Assembly (NCBI RefSeq): GCF_030144855.1
Contig: NW_026781759.1
Span: 1-64,000, forward strand
Reading direction: 5' to 3'
From: Hypanus sabinus
Lineage: Eukaryota
Length of the DNA: 64,000 nt
Part shown: in pieces, positions 1 through 12,089 of the stretch
Numbering within the stretch: position 1 is the stretch's first letter
Layout of the letters: every line of letters begins with the position of its first letter
Position numbers and translations under genes: made by a program
Notes under the pieces: model-generated
What the model was told of the DNA's origin: nothing
The model's database searches: none
What the model saw: only the letters and a program-made list of their open reading frames with translations

Positions 1-861
1 GGTTTCGTTCTGAAGTGTTAAATGTTTATTTTCCTCCACAGATGCTGCCTGCCTTGCTGAGTTGTTCGGGGGGGAGTTTGAATTACAGAGCATCGAGTAG
101 CTGTCGCTCAGATCTTTTGCTAACTTCTATTCCGTCCATTACGCAGCCATCATTTGCTATTTCCGATCCCTCGCTCTCAGTTATACTCGCTTTTCGCTGA
201 TTCGCTTCAGAAGAAATCTTCAGTTCACGTTCCGTGTGTGTTTCGTTCCTCTATTTCCCTTATTTGCTCCATTTAATCGAGGAGCTTCATTGCGGAACTG
301 GCTCCGTGGAAGAGACCTGCAATCACCGACACCGCGCTGATCTGAAATGACTCCGTGACTGGGTGACCGCTGTCGCGGTTTCGGGGATTTGACGTTTAAT
401 AATCTGAGTGATATTTGCTGGCTTGCCGCCGTTCATGTTTTTTCTCGGGCGATGGGAGTTTGATGTTTTTCTTTTGCCGGACTTCATGCTGTTTCGTGCT
501 GCCTGCGTGGAGATTCATGGCGCGTGTTCCGATCCCTACACAGCGTTTGTCCCCCGACACTCCCCGCCATTCACATAAAGAGCGGGTGATTTGAATGCGG
601 TCTGGACTCACACGGAAGTTACAATCCTCCCCCACGGATGATCTGTGGGAAAGACTGCACTTAACAGGAAAGGAGGAATGAGAATGTCTGCGCGCGAATT
701 ATCTTCAGCCAACAGAATGCTTTAGGGGAGGACCTGAAAATCTATGTCACCGCCCCTTCTTTCAGTGATCGGCCGTTGCGGTGCAGCACCTCTCCCACAG
801 AATGATTGGCAAGAGTCGTATTTCCTGTTTTGCTAACAGCCTCGACCGTTCTGACTGTGAG

Positions 862-900
862 AGTTTTTGTTCAGCTGCCCCGTCACTCTGAGCCGCCGTG
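862..900 (-). other. 23-RSS of V1
   Basis: Minus strand: CACGGCG + 23 nt + ACAAAAACT. Confidence 0.93.
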
Positions 901-1513
901 AATACTCCAGGCGCAGAAATACACGGCCGACGAATTCGTCTCCAGTTTGTCGGACGTCAGGAAAAACTTGTCGGTCTGCGGTCTCTCCGCCGTAAAACCG
1001 TCGACCAATCCCTTTGGGTACACGGAATTAGCTGCCAACGAATAAAACATGTTCTCCAGAACCTTTCCGGGGTATTGTCGATACCAGTACAACCTCTCAG
1101 TAGCATCGGTAATACCGTCCACCGTGCATTTCAGGGTCACCTGCCGGCCGGTAGTTCCGGAGAAAGCCGGAGTCTGGTGGATCGTCACCGAGGTCGCGCC
1201 TGGAAGAAAAAAAGAGACAGGTATTGGAAAATGGGTGATGGAAAGAGGAAGCTCGAGACAATAGGGAAGAGGAGCACGAGGATGCATTGAGAGAAGGAGA
1301 GAGGAGATTTGAGGTCTGTGAAAGCTCAAGAGGTTGTCGGAATTTAGACTGAGTGAAGATGCGGGGCGGAGGCGAGGGATGGAAACTAAACAAGGAAAGT
1401 AGACGGAGACGAGAAGGGTAAAGCACGTGAAGGGAATGTGCAAAGGAAGAAAAAGTATTTTGTAAATTTCACCCACAGCGGAAAGCGAGGATGAACTGCA
1501 GAAAAAGAAACAT
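901..1513 (-). CDS. TRBV: V1: TCR V gene segment (leader 1477-1513, V exon 901-1199), TRBV30-like CAWS family, apparently functional
   Basis: Leader MFLFLQFILAFR with GTGGGT donor and phase-1 AG acceptor. V exon ATSVTIHQTP..LKC..YWYRQYPG..GFTAERP..AVYFCAWSI has Cys23/Trp41/Cys104 and is followed by a 23-RSS. Confidence 0.9.
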
Positions 1514-1600
1514 CTTCCTTGGAGGGTTGACTCTGTCAGTGATGACAGTGGTCCGTGCGGCAGAGACGAATCACTTCAAACTCCGCCTGTTACTTATATC

Positions 1601-1610
1601 AGTGACGTAG
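1601..1610. promoter_or_regulatory. CRE/Vbeta-decamer-like promoter motif of V1
   Basis: AGTGACGTAG about 90 bp upstream of the ATG. The TGACGT core recurs upstream of other V leaders (2642, 12090, 13749, 23202, 53806). It resembles the mammalian Vbeta promoter decamer AGTGAYRTCA. Confidence 0.6.
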
Positions 1611-1914
1611 GCGGATTTCTTCACGTGTCGAATGACTACGCCCCGTCTATGAACCAATCCGATCTCAGGTGTCGCTGACGCTCTGCNNNNNNNNNNNNNN
1701 NNNNNNNNNNNNNNNNNNNNNNNNNNNNNNNNNNNNNNNNNNNNNNNNNNNNNNNNNNNNNNNNNNNNNNNNNNNNNNNNNNNNNNNNNNNNNNNNNNNN
1801 NNNNNNNNNNNNNNNNNNNNNNNNNNNNNNNNNNNNNNNNNNNNNNNNNNNNNNNNNNNNNNNNNNNNNNNNNNNNNNNNNNNNTCTCTGTCTCTCTGAC
1901 CCGTCACTCTGAAC

Positions 1915-2553
1915 CGCCATGGTCACTCCAGGCGCAGGAATTCTTGGCCGACGAATTCGCCTCCACGTTGTCAGACTACAGGAAGAACCCGTTGCACTTC
2001 GGTGTCGCGTCCGGAAAACAGCCGACCCATTTCTCCGGCTACACTGAAGTTGCTGTGCTCGACTAAAACACGGATTTCGGACCAGTTCCCGGGGAGTGTC
2101 GGTGCCAGTGCAACTAGTTAGTAGCACTGGTACTACCCTCTCCTCTACAATGCATGGTCAACTGTTGGCCGGGAGTTCCGGAGAAAGCCGGAGTCGGGGG
2201 GATCGTCACCGAGGTCGCGCCTGGAAATGAGAGATGGAGGAAGGCAGAAAGGTGTCGCCGGTCATTGGGGAAGGAGACAAAGAGGGTCAATGAGGGAGGA
2301 ACAGAGTAGGGTTGAAGTCGGGAAAGCTCGAGATGGAATTCGGAATTCAGCGGAGGCAGGAGATGGAAGATAGTGTGAGGACGCGGCGGCTTGTATCGAA
2401 ACACAGAATGATTGCGGGACTACTTGAGAGTAAAATAATTGAAGGGAATGTGAAGGGAAGCCAGAAACTGAGTAAAAGAAAAAAAAATAACTTGCATGTC
2501 AGCTTTCACTCCCAGCGGAAGGCGAGGATGAAGTGTAGAAACAGAAATATCCT
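1915..2553 (-). pseudogene. TRBV: psi-V2: CAWS-family V pseudogene (V exon 1922-2220)
   Basis: Paralog of V1/V3. Leader start ATG>ATA, donor GT>GG, in-frame TAG before WHRH, frameshift, heptamer CATGGCG; the nonamer position borders an assembly gap. Confidence 0.9.
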
Positions 2554-3817
2554 GCTTGGATAGATTATTCTCTCAGTGACGAAAGTGGCTCGAGCAGCTG
2601 AGATGAATCCATTCACTTCAAACATTCCTGTTACGTATATCAATGACGTAGTGAAGTGGTTCGTATCGGATGGCCACACCACTTTTGAGAACATCTCTCT
2701 CTCTTTTCTCCGTACCTACCTCTAACTGCAGCTCCATTTTCAACCGTGTTTCACCCTATCTCTTTGTCTGTTCTGTTTTTATAATGCCCCCACGTCTTTG
2801 TTGTTTCTGAATATTACATAAACCACAATTCATCTCGTTTTCATCGACAGAATAATCGCTCGTAATGAGGGCCACAATGTATATCACGTGAAATACCTCG
2901 TGGGCAAATTCCTGTACGCTGACTTCTGTAAATCTACCCACATCTACAAAGACGCATAAACCCCATTATAAGCCGATAGCCCCAAACCCGCTCACAATTT
3001 CAGTTCCGCCCACACCCCAAACACAGCGCGCACCCTAACATCTCGCAGACACCCCGAAGTCTACTCGCACCCCAAACTCTAACATTGCCAATACTCACAA
3101 ATCCACAAGCAACCGCAAATGCCCCAAATGCTGTGAAAGGCCTCAGATTCACTGATCGGTGAAGGTTTGCATCAAAATTCCTCTGAACCCCGAAAGTACG
3201 CAGGGTAACATCCTCCGTAGTTTGTGTCCTACCGTTGTTAGTCAATATCTCCCTGTTTCTTAACATTATCTGGCTCTCTCCTACGAAGTCTCTCTGAACT
3301 TCGACTCTGGGTACCATGCAGGGAGTATGTCCTATCCTTACACATCACGGTCTCCCTGTCACTCAGTACGCCACACCATTCACGGTACGTATGTCCTACA
3401 CTTCTACACCGAGGTCCCAGATTATAAACATTCCAAGGATCAAACCATTCCATGTTTCCACAGATGGTTAAAGGAGATAATAAGCGGGAGCATTGATCTT
3501 GGGGACTGAACATTATTGTCGGATTCAGTATCATCGGCGTAGAAAGGTTATGATCCTCCCGGACCGATTATGTGTGGGAAAATTGTACAAAACGAGGAAA
3601 GATGGAGTGGAGAACAATGGTGGAAAAGTGAGTGTGCGGATAGTCTGAATGCTTATGAAGGGGAGGAAATGAAAAGACTCGGAAACTTAGCTCCGCCTCT
3701 TATTTCACTGATTGGCTGCTACGGCAGAACGCCTGAGGGATAGACCCTCCTCCCGCCCTATGGTTTACGGACATCGTATTTCCTGTGTTGATGATATCAA
3801 CGTCTGTTCTGGCTTGG

Positions 3818-3856
3818 GGTTTTTGTTCAGCTGTCCCGTCACTCTGAGCCGCCGTG
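3818..3856 (-). other. 23-RSS of V3
   Basis: CACGGCG + 23 nt + ACAAAAACC. Confidence 0.93.
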
Positions 3857-4484
3857 ATCACTCCAGGCGCAGAAATACACGGCCGATGAATTCGCCTCCC
3901 GTTTGTCTAACATCAGGAAGAACTCGTTGGTCTGCCGTCTCTTCGCCGTAAATCCGCTGACCAATCCCTCTGGCAGCACGGAATTAGCTATCGTCGAGTA
4001 AAACATGTTCTCCGGACCCTTTCCCGGGGATTGTCGGTACCAGTGCAACTCGTTACCAGTACTGCTAATACCCTCTACCGTGCAATGCAGGGTCACCTTC
4101 CGGCCGACAGTTCCGGAGAAAGCCGGCGTCTGGTGGATCGTCACCGAGGTCCCGTCTGGAAAACGAGACGGGGTTGGCAGAAAGTAGTGGATGTACTCAG
4201 TCGAACGGGCAATTCGTAAGTGGGAGAAAAACGGAGCATTGATCAATGCGGAGATGAGGATTGAAATGGAGAAATCTCCATGAGGCGGTCGGAAACATAG
4301 AGGCGGCGCAGGTGGAAGATATTCTTCTGAAGCAAGAGTTTGGAAATAATTTATAATGTCTTAGAAACGACTGAAGTGTACAGTAAAGTGAAGGGAATGT
4401 GAAAGGATAGAAGTGGAATAAAAGAATATTTGGGAACTTTCACTCGCAGGAAAAGGCGAGGGTGAAGATCAGAAAGAGAAACAT
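3857..4484 (-). CDS. TRBV: V3: TCR V segment (leader 4448-4484, V exon 3857-4155), CAWS family
   Basis: Leader MFLFLIFTLAFS with non-canonical GCGAGT donor. Open V exon GTSVTIHQTP..LHC..HWYRQSPG..AVYFCAWSD. Confidence 0.85.
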
Positions 4485-6249
4485 CTTCCTTGGAGGGTGT
4501 ATTCTCTCAGTGATGAATGCTATGCGGCAGCAGAGAAGAATATATTCACTTCAATCACGTCTGTTTCATATTTCGGAGACGCAGTTGAATTTGCGGAACT
4601 ATCGATTGGCCCCTCCCCTTGCATTCTCCAAACTGATTTCAGTGTATTCTGCTTCNNNNNNNNNNNNNNNNNNNNNNNNNNNNNNNNNNNNNNNNNNNNN
4701 NNNNNNNNNNNNNNNNNNNNNNNNNNNNNNNNNNNNNNNNNNNNNNNNNNNNNNNNNNNNNNNNNNNNNNNNNNNNNNNNNNNNNNNNNNNNNNNNNNNN
4801 NNNNNNNNNNNNNNNNNNNNNNNNNNNNNNNNNNNNNNNNNNNNNNNNNNNNNNNNNNNNNNNNNNNNNNNNNNNNNNNNNNNNNNNNNNNNNNNNNNNN
4901 TCTATCGCTATTCCCGTTCCGCAATCTCCTTTTCTTCCTCTCTCCGGTTACCTCACTATGTACGATTTCCTGACACTCCCAAGTCTTTGTAATTTCGGAA
5001 ATTTACACAAACTGGTGAAAGAAAACAGACTACAATTCTTCTGTCGCAGAAATCACGCAACGCTCTTTCCAATTTGCTTTTCCACCCTCTACTGGTGGCC
5101 TCCACACTTCGCGTAACTGCAGACCATGCGCTTCTCGAGTATCAAACATCAACGACGTCAGTTCCTGCACACCTTTATGCTCTTACCACGTTCCAGGTAC
5201 GCCACACAACATGTTCTGTATGTCGCACTCCCCGTCCCTCCCTCTTACTTTCTTCCTCTCCCAATTTATTTCACTGTCCGAAGTCTTTGCAATTTCGGAA
5301 ATCTACAAAAACCGGTGAGAGAAGGCGGGCCACAATAAACTTCTTTTCCCTTGAAATCTTGGGACTCTCGTAATGAAGGCCACAAGTTGTACCGTAAGAA
5401 ACACCTGGCGCCCTGCACGGAGCAGCCCTCGGTATTCTGAATCTCTATTTCTCTCCTTGTCTCAGTGATTGTCTCTGAGTCTCTCTTGTTCTCTCCGGAT
5501 GACCGTGCATCTATCGCTGGCTCTTAACACTTGTTGCGGCCCAGCGAACAGAAAATTCACCATTACAATAATATGTTCTATCTTTTCATTCGCTTCCAAA
5601 TATCTGACGTAACTTTCACGGGAGCGCTTTCCCTGCCCCCTATTTGTAGTAGCCTCTGCCTGCACCCTCCGATCTAGCCTCCGATCTTACCCCCCGATCT
5701 AACTCTATGGCAGACAAGTAGGGAGAACATGCCTGTGAGAAAGACCATATATTGTTCTCCAGCATCTAATCTCAAGGACGTGTGGTTATGCACATCTTGA
5801 TGGTCTAGCCAGGATCCAGGCTGATATCAAGTTTTATGACAAAGATCTGTTCTGTGTTACTCGGTTGAGTAGATATACCAAGCATGAATCAAGTTTAACT
5901 CTTTCCTTAAGGTGTCGGGTTGGGTTCCGTGACTTGAATCTTTAGCAATCAAAGTTACGAATTGCAAAGTTGCGACGTCGCGTCTACCTTCCTCATTTGA
6001 TCTGTCACGGCATCCACTGGATCTTGTGGCGAATTTTAAACCTAATCAACAATCAATCTAACCATTGCTTTAAAACGGAGCCCTTAGTTTTATTCTGTAT
6101 TCAAAATGATATGGGCCATGTGTTTGAAAACTGGATTAACTGACAGGACAGGGAACCAAATACCATAACACATAGGGGCAACACTGGACCATTTATCCTG
6201 TGTCGTTGTTGCGTGCTGTTCGAGTTTCCTGCATCTGAAGAATCTCTTG

Positions 6250-6800
6250 CGTAAAAAAAAAATCATCTACTGTCTTTCCTTGCGTGGTTCCGTAGTCTCC
6301 CTGTTACTTACTTCCTCATGAGCTCTTCGATCTTTTTTCCATTCGTATTCCGGTTGCATTCCCAGATATTTTGGTCTCCTTACCTGATAATCACCCCCCA
6401 CTGGCCAACCCTCTCCTATCCCTTCTCTTTCCTCCTTGGTCCTCTGTGCTCTCCGGTCAGGTATCCACGTGGTTTCAGTTCTTTACCTCTGTAATCTATC
6501 CACATGGCTTCCCGGATCATTTCTCCTCTTCGTTTCCCACTCAAATCTTCTCACGTAGCAACTTCCGTCTTGACGTCCATCCCCGCCACGACATTCGTAT
6601 AAAAAAGGGAGCCTGTGCTCCCTTCCCTTCCAGTATTGATTATTATCAGGTAGAGAAACTGATGTTCGTGTTGTCAGGATGGTGGCTGCCAGATAGAATA
6701 TGAAGTTTTTCTTTCCCTTCCCTTCCCTTCTCGGTCCGTGGCGTTGAATGTTCAGACTCCTCCATAGATGCTGCCCGTCCAGCTGAGTTCCTCGAGGGAT
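6250..6800. repeat. Elasmobranch interspersed repeat (Penelope-like terminal region)
   Basis: Ends in catagatgctgcccgtccagctgagttcctc. Related copies at about 30-70, 8680-9030, 12280-12640 and 49360-49770. Family assignment is from memory of shark/ray repeats. Confidence 0.45.
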
Positions 6801-7589
6801 TTGAAACTACAGCATTGAATTTCCACCTCTCACATTCCCCCTCCCGCTGTCTGCGATCGGTGCGCTCTGTGGCCGTGAGGGTGGGGGAGGGGGACGTTGT
6901 GGGCTGTTTGGTCGCGCGTTGAATCCGCGTCTATCCCCTGTTCTCTTACGTATCGGAAGAAACCAGCTCCGTTTCGGTTGCGTGGGCGANNNNNNNNNNN
7001 NNNNNNNNNNNNNNNNNNNNNNNNNNNNNNNNNNNNNNNNNNNNNNNNNNNNNNNNNNNNNNNNNNNNNNNNNNNNNNNNNNNNNNNNNNNNNNNNNNNN
7101 NNNNNNNNNNNNNNNNNNNNNNNNNNNNNNNNNNNNNNNNNNNNNNNNNNNNNNNNNNNNNNNNNNNNNNNNNNNNNNNNNNNNNNNNNNNNNNNNNNNN
7201 NNNNNNNNNNNNNNNNNNNNNNNNNNNNNNNNNNNNNNNNNNNNNNNNNNNNNNNNNNNNNNNNNNNNNNNNNNNNNNNNNNNNNNNNNNNNNNNNNNNN
7301 NNNNNNNNNNNNNNNNNNNNNNNNNNNNNNNNNNNNNNNNNNNNNNNNNNNNNNNNNNNNNNNNNNNGCTGATCTCCTGCATTAATCTGTCCCGAATGTC
7401 CTCAATAAGGACAACATAACACACATCATCAGTGGCTCTGTCATTATGTGGAGCTGTGCACAGAGAACATGATTTCCCGTTCTGTCCTTTGACAAACTAC
7501 TCTAAACTACGCCGCCAATCATCGTATCGTTTGCAGACTTACAAACCCATCGATCCGCGATTCCGTTCTTTACCCAGGCGAAGTGGCCG

Positions 7590-8690
7590 CTTTATTAGAG
7601 AGATATACACCAATTCGTTAATGCAAATGTCTCATCAGCCAATCGTGTTGCTGCAATTTCAATGCATTAAAGCATGCAGTCATTGTCAACAGCTTCCTTT
7701 GCCGTCCAAACCAGAAATGTGATCTCAGAGACTTTGTCTGTGGAATGATTATTAGTGCCAGTGCCAGAGAGATCGGGTATCTCAGAAACGTTGTCTAGTG
7801 TTTACAGAGAATTCTGCGAAAAAATATTTGGGGGAATAATGTGGGTGAGAATAACCATATATTACAACTGTGGGGTACCGAAGAGCATCTCTGAAAGCAC
7901 AGTAGATCACGAACATTCACTGAGCGGTCATTTTATTAGGTACAGGAGGTCTTCAAACATATGTTCTCATCATTAATCACATGTCTACAACAGACATAGA
8001 TGTATGTGCGAGTTATTAAAATCCGTAAAGCTGCATCCGAAGAGGAAACTTTTACAGGAGCACCGGTACAGTGTAACTTTTGCACGTTGCTGTGTGCCGT
8101 TCGATCAGGAAAATGTGCAGCGATGCACAGTGTACTGCTGCCCCCAAGTGGCCATAAGCCGGTTCTGCACCTCTTGGTCAAGAGGTGGAAGGTTTTTCTG
8201 TGGCCGAAGACTCGCGCTCTTGATGGCGTGTGAGAAAGTGTAATATTGGACGTTTCAGATGGGGACGGAGGGTGAAAAGTGGATCGGGGGGAAGGAGGAC
8301 GATGCCTGGATTAAATTTGTGCAGTCACGGACATGCAATGAGTCGTCACATTATTAGGTGCAAGAGGTCACCAAACATCGGTTTCCTCATCAATCACAGT
8401 TGTATACAATACACAGTTGTGTGTACGAGATGTTGGCATGTGTACAGATGCAGCCGGATAGCAAACATGTACAGATGCCCTGGTAGAATATTTACGCGGG
8501 ACAATGAACAAATCTACATGCAATATTTCTGCCCCCAAGCAGTGTAAATCCCGTGCTGCTCCTCTCTGTGAATACGTGGAGGGTGTTTCTGCTGTCCCAC
8601 TCTGTATGGTACTACTCTGTAGGGAAGAGTACGAATTGGACATTTCAGACAGAGACTCTTCATCAGGACTGAGAAGAAGGGGGAGGTGCC
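7590..8690 (+). mobile_element. Degraded Tc1/mariner-like remnants (transposase 5' fragment plus two ~410-bp related units)
   Basis: gttaatgcaaatgtctcatcagccaatc..gtggaatgattattagtgccag..tatctcagaaac (7590-7830). TIR-like cactgagcggtcattttattaggtaca at about 7918, repeated at about 8340. Confidence 0.55.
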
Positions 8691-9178
8691 TGATTTAAAA
8701 GTTCCGGGAGGAGACAAAAGCCAGCTGAAAGGTGATAGGTGAAGACAGCTGGGTGGGAAAGAGTAAGTGGTGGAGAGGACAGAATATGATAAAAGAGGAT
8801 AGTGGACAGAAGGGGAAAGGGAAGGAGCTAATGGCCGAAGGGTAAGTAATAGGTGTGAAGAAGTGAAAGGTCTGAGTGGGTATGGGTGTGGGTATAAGAA
8901 ATCGGTTTATATACTATCAGGATGGTGGGTACGAAGACCGAATATAAGAGGTTGCACCTCCACCTTGAGGGCGGTCTCCCCTTGAGACGAGAGGAAGCCA
9001 TGGACCGACACGTCGGAACGTGAATCGGAATCGGAATCGAGTGTTGCCCGTTTCTGACAGAAAGGAGCAGACGAACACAGTCCGCTGCTGCCGCCTAGTG
9101 ATACAACAGGAACACTAAACTTCGCTCTGATTGGCTGGAAGGATTTTTAGTGGCAGATTCGTTATCTGAAGTTCTGTG

Positions 9179-9469
9179 CGCTAGCGCAAACGCATTAGTA
9201 GACGGCGAAGTGGGAGGCCGATGCATGTCTCAGTTCCAGTTCAAACAGAGTGCTTCTGTGTCTCGTCATGGAGGAATTGGATGTGTAGTTCGTAACCGAA
9301 CCTTGTCCAGCAGAATAGAAGAGAACATCTATTGTCCGGTGTGATCGCTATCTGTACCAATACAGATATTGATGGTCCGTATTCAGCACAGTGCAGACGA
9401 CGCTGAGCGGCTGTCCCGCACCGATTGACAGGGCCGACTGCGATTGTTCCACATAGGCAGGGAGACTCT
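9179..9469 (-). pseudogene. TRBV: psi-V (C-x-C family): V pseudogene paralogous to 61048-61341
   Basis: ESLPAYVEQSQSALSIGAGQPLSVVCTVLNTDHQYLYWYR*..IDVLFYSAGQG..AVY*CVCAS contains two stops. Heptamer CACAGAA (9172-9178), degenerate nonamer. Confidence 0.88.
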
Positions 9470-11248
9470 CTGCCAGACAGAAATTCGATTCGATTTTGAT
9501 TTCCCTCAATTGCACGCCAAAGGCTAAACTAGACAGAAGGAGGCGACTGGTGTGTTCCAAGACACTATTGTACAATGTGCCATCATCGCGTCATAACCAT
9601 GATCGAATATTTGCCAAATGACCTAATGAATATGCCGAATGAAGCTCAGTATCAGATCTCATGGACGTCTATCTGGGCGACCTGATAAAGGAACTGTATT
9701 CTTGTTGGCTCTGTAACAATTACGTCACTTCCGTAGCGGAGGCCGTACTTTGGCGCGGTTGACGTTGTTGAGAAAATTACAAGAAGAGCCAAGATGGTTT
9801 CATGCAATGCGGACGTGTTTGGACAATTCAAGGTGGAACGTATTGCAGGAAAACCTGTTTAAAATAACCGGCACATTGATCCTTGGAAACCCAAGACGCA
9901 CCCACCAGAGAGATTCAATTTATTTATTTTTGGTTTCTTGAGCGGGTCATCGCTTCCATGCCAGGAAGTACTTGTCCTTCGCCACAACCTGATAGCAAGG
10001 CGGGATGTAACCGTCATGTCCTCTTCAGTGTTGAGGAAAGGGAAGTTATTCACGGTGGTTTCGGCTCCCGAATAATCAGAACTCTGAACTATGTCAAAAC
10101 CAATGCCCTCTCTTTCACGATTTTTACAAATCGTTCTCAATATTACTTTTAGTACTCACTTAATTGGTCCTCTACTTCTTTGCTCTGTTTGATTTTGCTC
10201 AGTTTGTCTTCTTTTGCAAACCGATTTTCCGTCTTTCCGTTTAGTTGTTAATTAATCAGGTAATGGAATTAAAACCAATGGGAGATCCTGCAAACACATC
10301 TTATTTGCCTTCCACAACAAGTATTTATCCGGCAAAAAGATTCTTAATGGAGTCCTTCATCAGGTCTTCCAAGTCCCTTCGGACCACAGCGTTTGGAATT
10401 TCCTCTCCATTTAGAAAACTTCCTGAGTTTTTATTTCGGCCGCTGAAGTGCTTGACAATACACTGCCCGAGCCTGCCATTTATTCGCCTTTTCACCAACC
10501 TGTGTTGTGTCCTTCTGTAGCCACCGTGTTTCCTTAAAAGTATCTGCCCCTCCACTTACCTTCCGACGGTCCCAAAACTTAACCACAGATCCATCAATTC
10601 CGTCATCTAAATCATCGAAAGACAACGAATGAAGGAGTGGTCCGAATACAGTCGCCATATGTCATCTGCAGCCAATCAGAAAAGGCTCTCTCTATATTCT
10701 CACTCTTTGTCTCCCGCCAATCACTCAATGCTGTGTCCACGTGACTCTCGTTCCTGGAACGCCCTGGGCTCCTGTTAAACATCCTCACACTTGGCCCCTT
10801 GTCAACGGCCTTCTGACAATTTGTCAATGCAGATACTTTATTTACAGCAATCCAACAGATTTGTCAGACATGATTTTCACTGCAACAAACCACACCGATT
10901 GACACCTATGCGTTCCTGTGTTTCCAGGTCCCAGGAAACCACATCATTATCATTGAATCCGGCATCTACCCAACCACTGAGGTCAGTGAGACTGGCCTCT
11001 AGTTGATGAGATTAGATTACAAGCAGTAGAGAACATATACAATGCGTTTCGCCGGCACATTGCGGTCCGTTCCCTCTACCGTCTTTCGTCGACCTTATAA
11101 TCTGCTCAACAATCAATCTACGAATTTTGTATAAATGTAGTCCTTCGTTTTTCCATCACGGGGACGGTTTAGGACCCTCCTCCCAACCGCTGATTGACAG
11201 ACGTCGCTTTTCCTGTTCAGCTGACAGCAGTAACTCTTCTGACTGTGA

Positions 11249-11287
11249 GGTTTTTGTTCAGCTTCCCCGTCACTCTGATCCGCCGTG
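11249..11287 (-). other. 23-RSS of V4
   Basis: CACGGCG + 23 nt + ACAAAAACC. Confidence 0.93.
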
Positions 11288-11998
11288 AATACTCCAGGCG
11301 CAGAAATACACGGCCGACGAATCCGCCTCCAGTTTGTCGGACTTCAGGAAGAACTCTTTCGTCTTCGTTCTCTCCGCCATAAAACCGCCGACCAATTCCT
11401 GCGGCTCCACTGAATCAGCTGCGATCGACCGAAACATGTACTCCGGTCGAGATCCAGGGAATTGTCGGTACCAGAACAACACGTTAGTAGCACTGGTACT
11501 ATCGGCTACTGTGCATTTCAGGGTCACCTTCTGTCCGGAAGTTCCGGAGAAATCCGGAGTCTGGAGGATCGTCACTGAGGTCGCGTCTGGAAAAAGAGAC
11601 GGGCTTGGCAAAATGCCGTGGATCAACAGGGAGATCCGGCTCAACGTGAAAGGGGAGAAAGTGTGTACATTGAGGGAAGGGAACTGAAGCTGGGAAAGCT
11701 CGGGAGGAGACGCGGTTCAATAGAGAAGGGGATAAAGAGTGTGCAATGAGGGAAGGAAAGAGAAGAGCTGAAAGCAGGAAAGCTCGAGAGGTGGACGGAT
11801 TTCAGTGGCGGCGGCGGAGGGATAACAGTTTGAGGAAGCAAAGGGTCGTAATTAAACATAGTAAGTTTCCTAGACTACTGTTGGGTAAATCAAATGAAGG
11901 GAGTTTGAAAGGAAGGTAGAAACAAAGAAATTAATATCATGTTTTTGTCAACTTTACTCACAGTGGAAAACGAGGATGAAATGCGGAATTAGAAACAT
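11288..11998 (-). CDS. TRBV: V4: TCR V segment (leader 11962-11998, V exon 11288-11586), CAWS family, apparently functional
   Basis: Leader MFLIPHFILVFH with GTGAGT donor. Open exon ATSVTILQTP..LKC..FWYRQFPG..AVYFCAWSI. Confidence 0.9.
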
Positions 11999-12089
11999 CT
12001 TCCTTCACGGGTTTATGCTCTCGGTGATGAACGCGGTGCATGCAGCGGAGACTAATCCATTCACTTCAACCACGCTTGTTACGTGTCCC

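Noticed and set aside
1687-1884. ORFs spanning N runs (gaps at 1687-1884, 4656-4900, 6990-7366, 16553-16718, 29287-29466, 32103-32322, 60669-60830, 62597-62757)
   Set aside because: Assembly gaps translate as X; these ORFs are artefacts.
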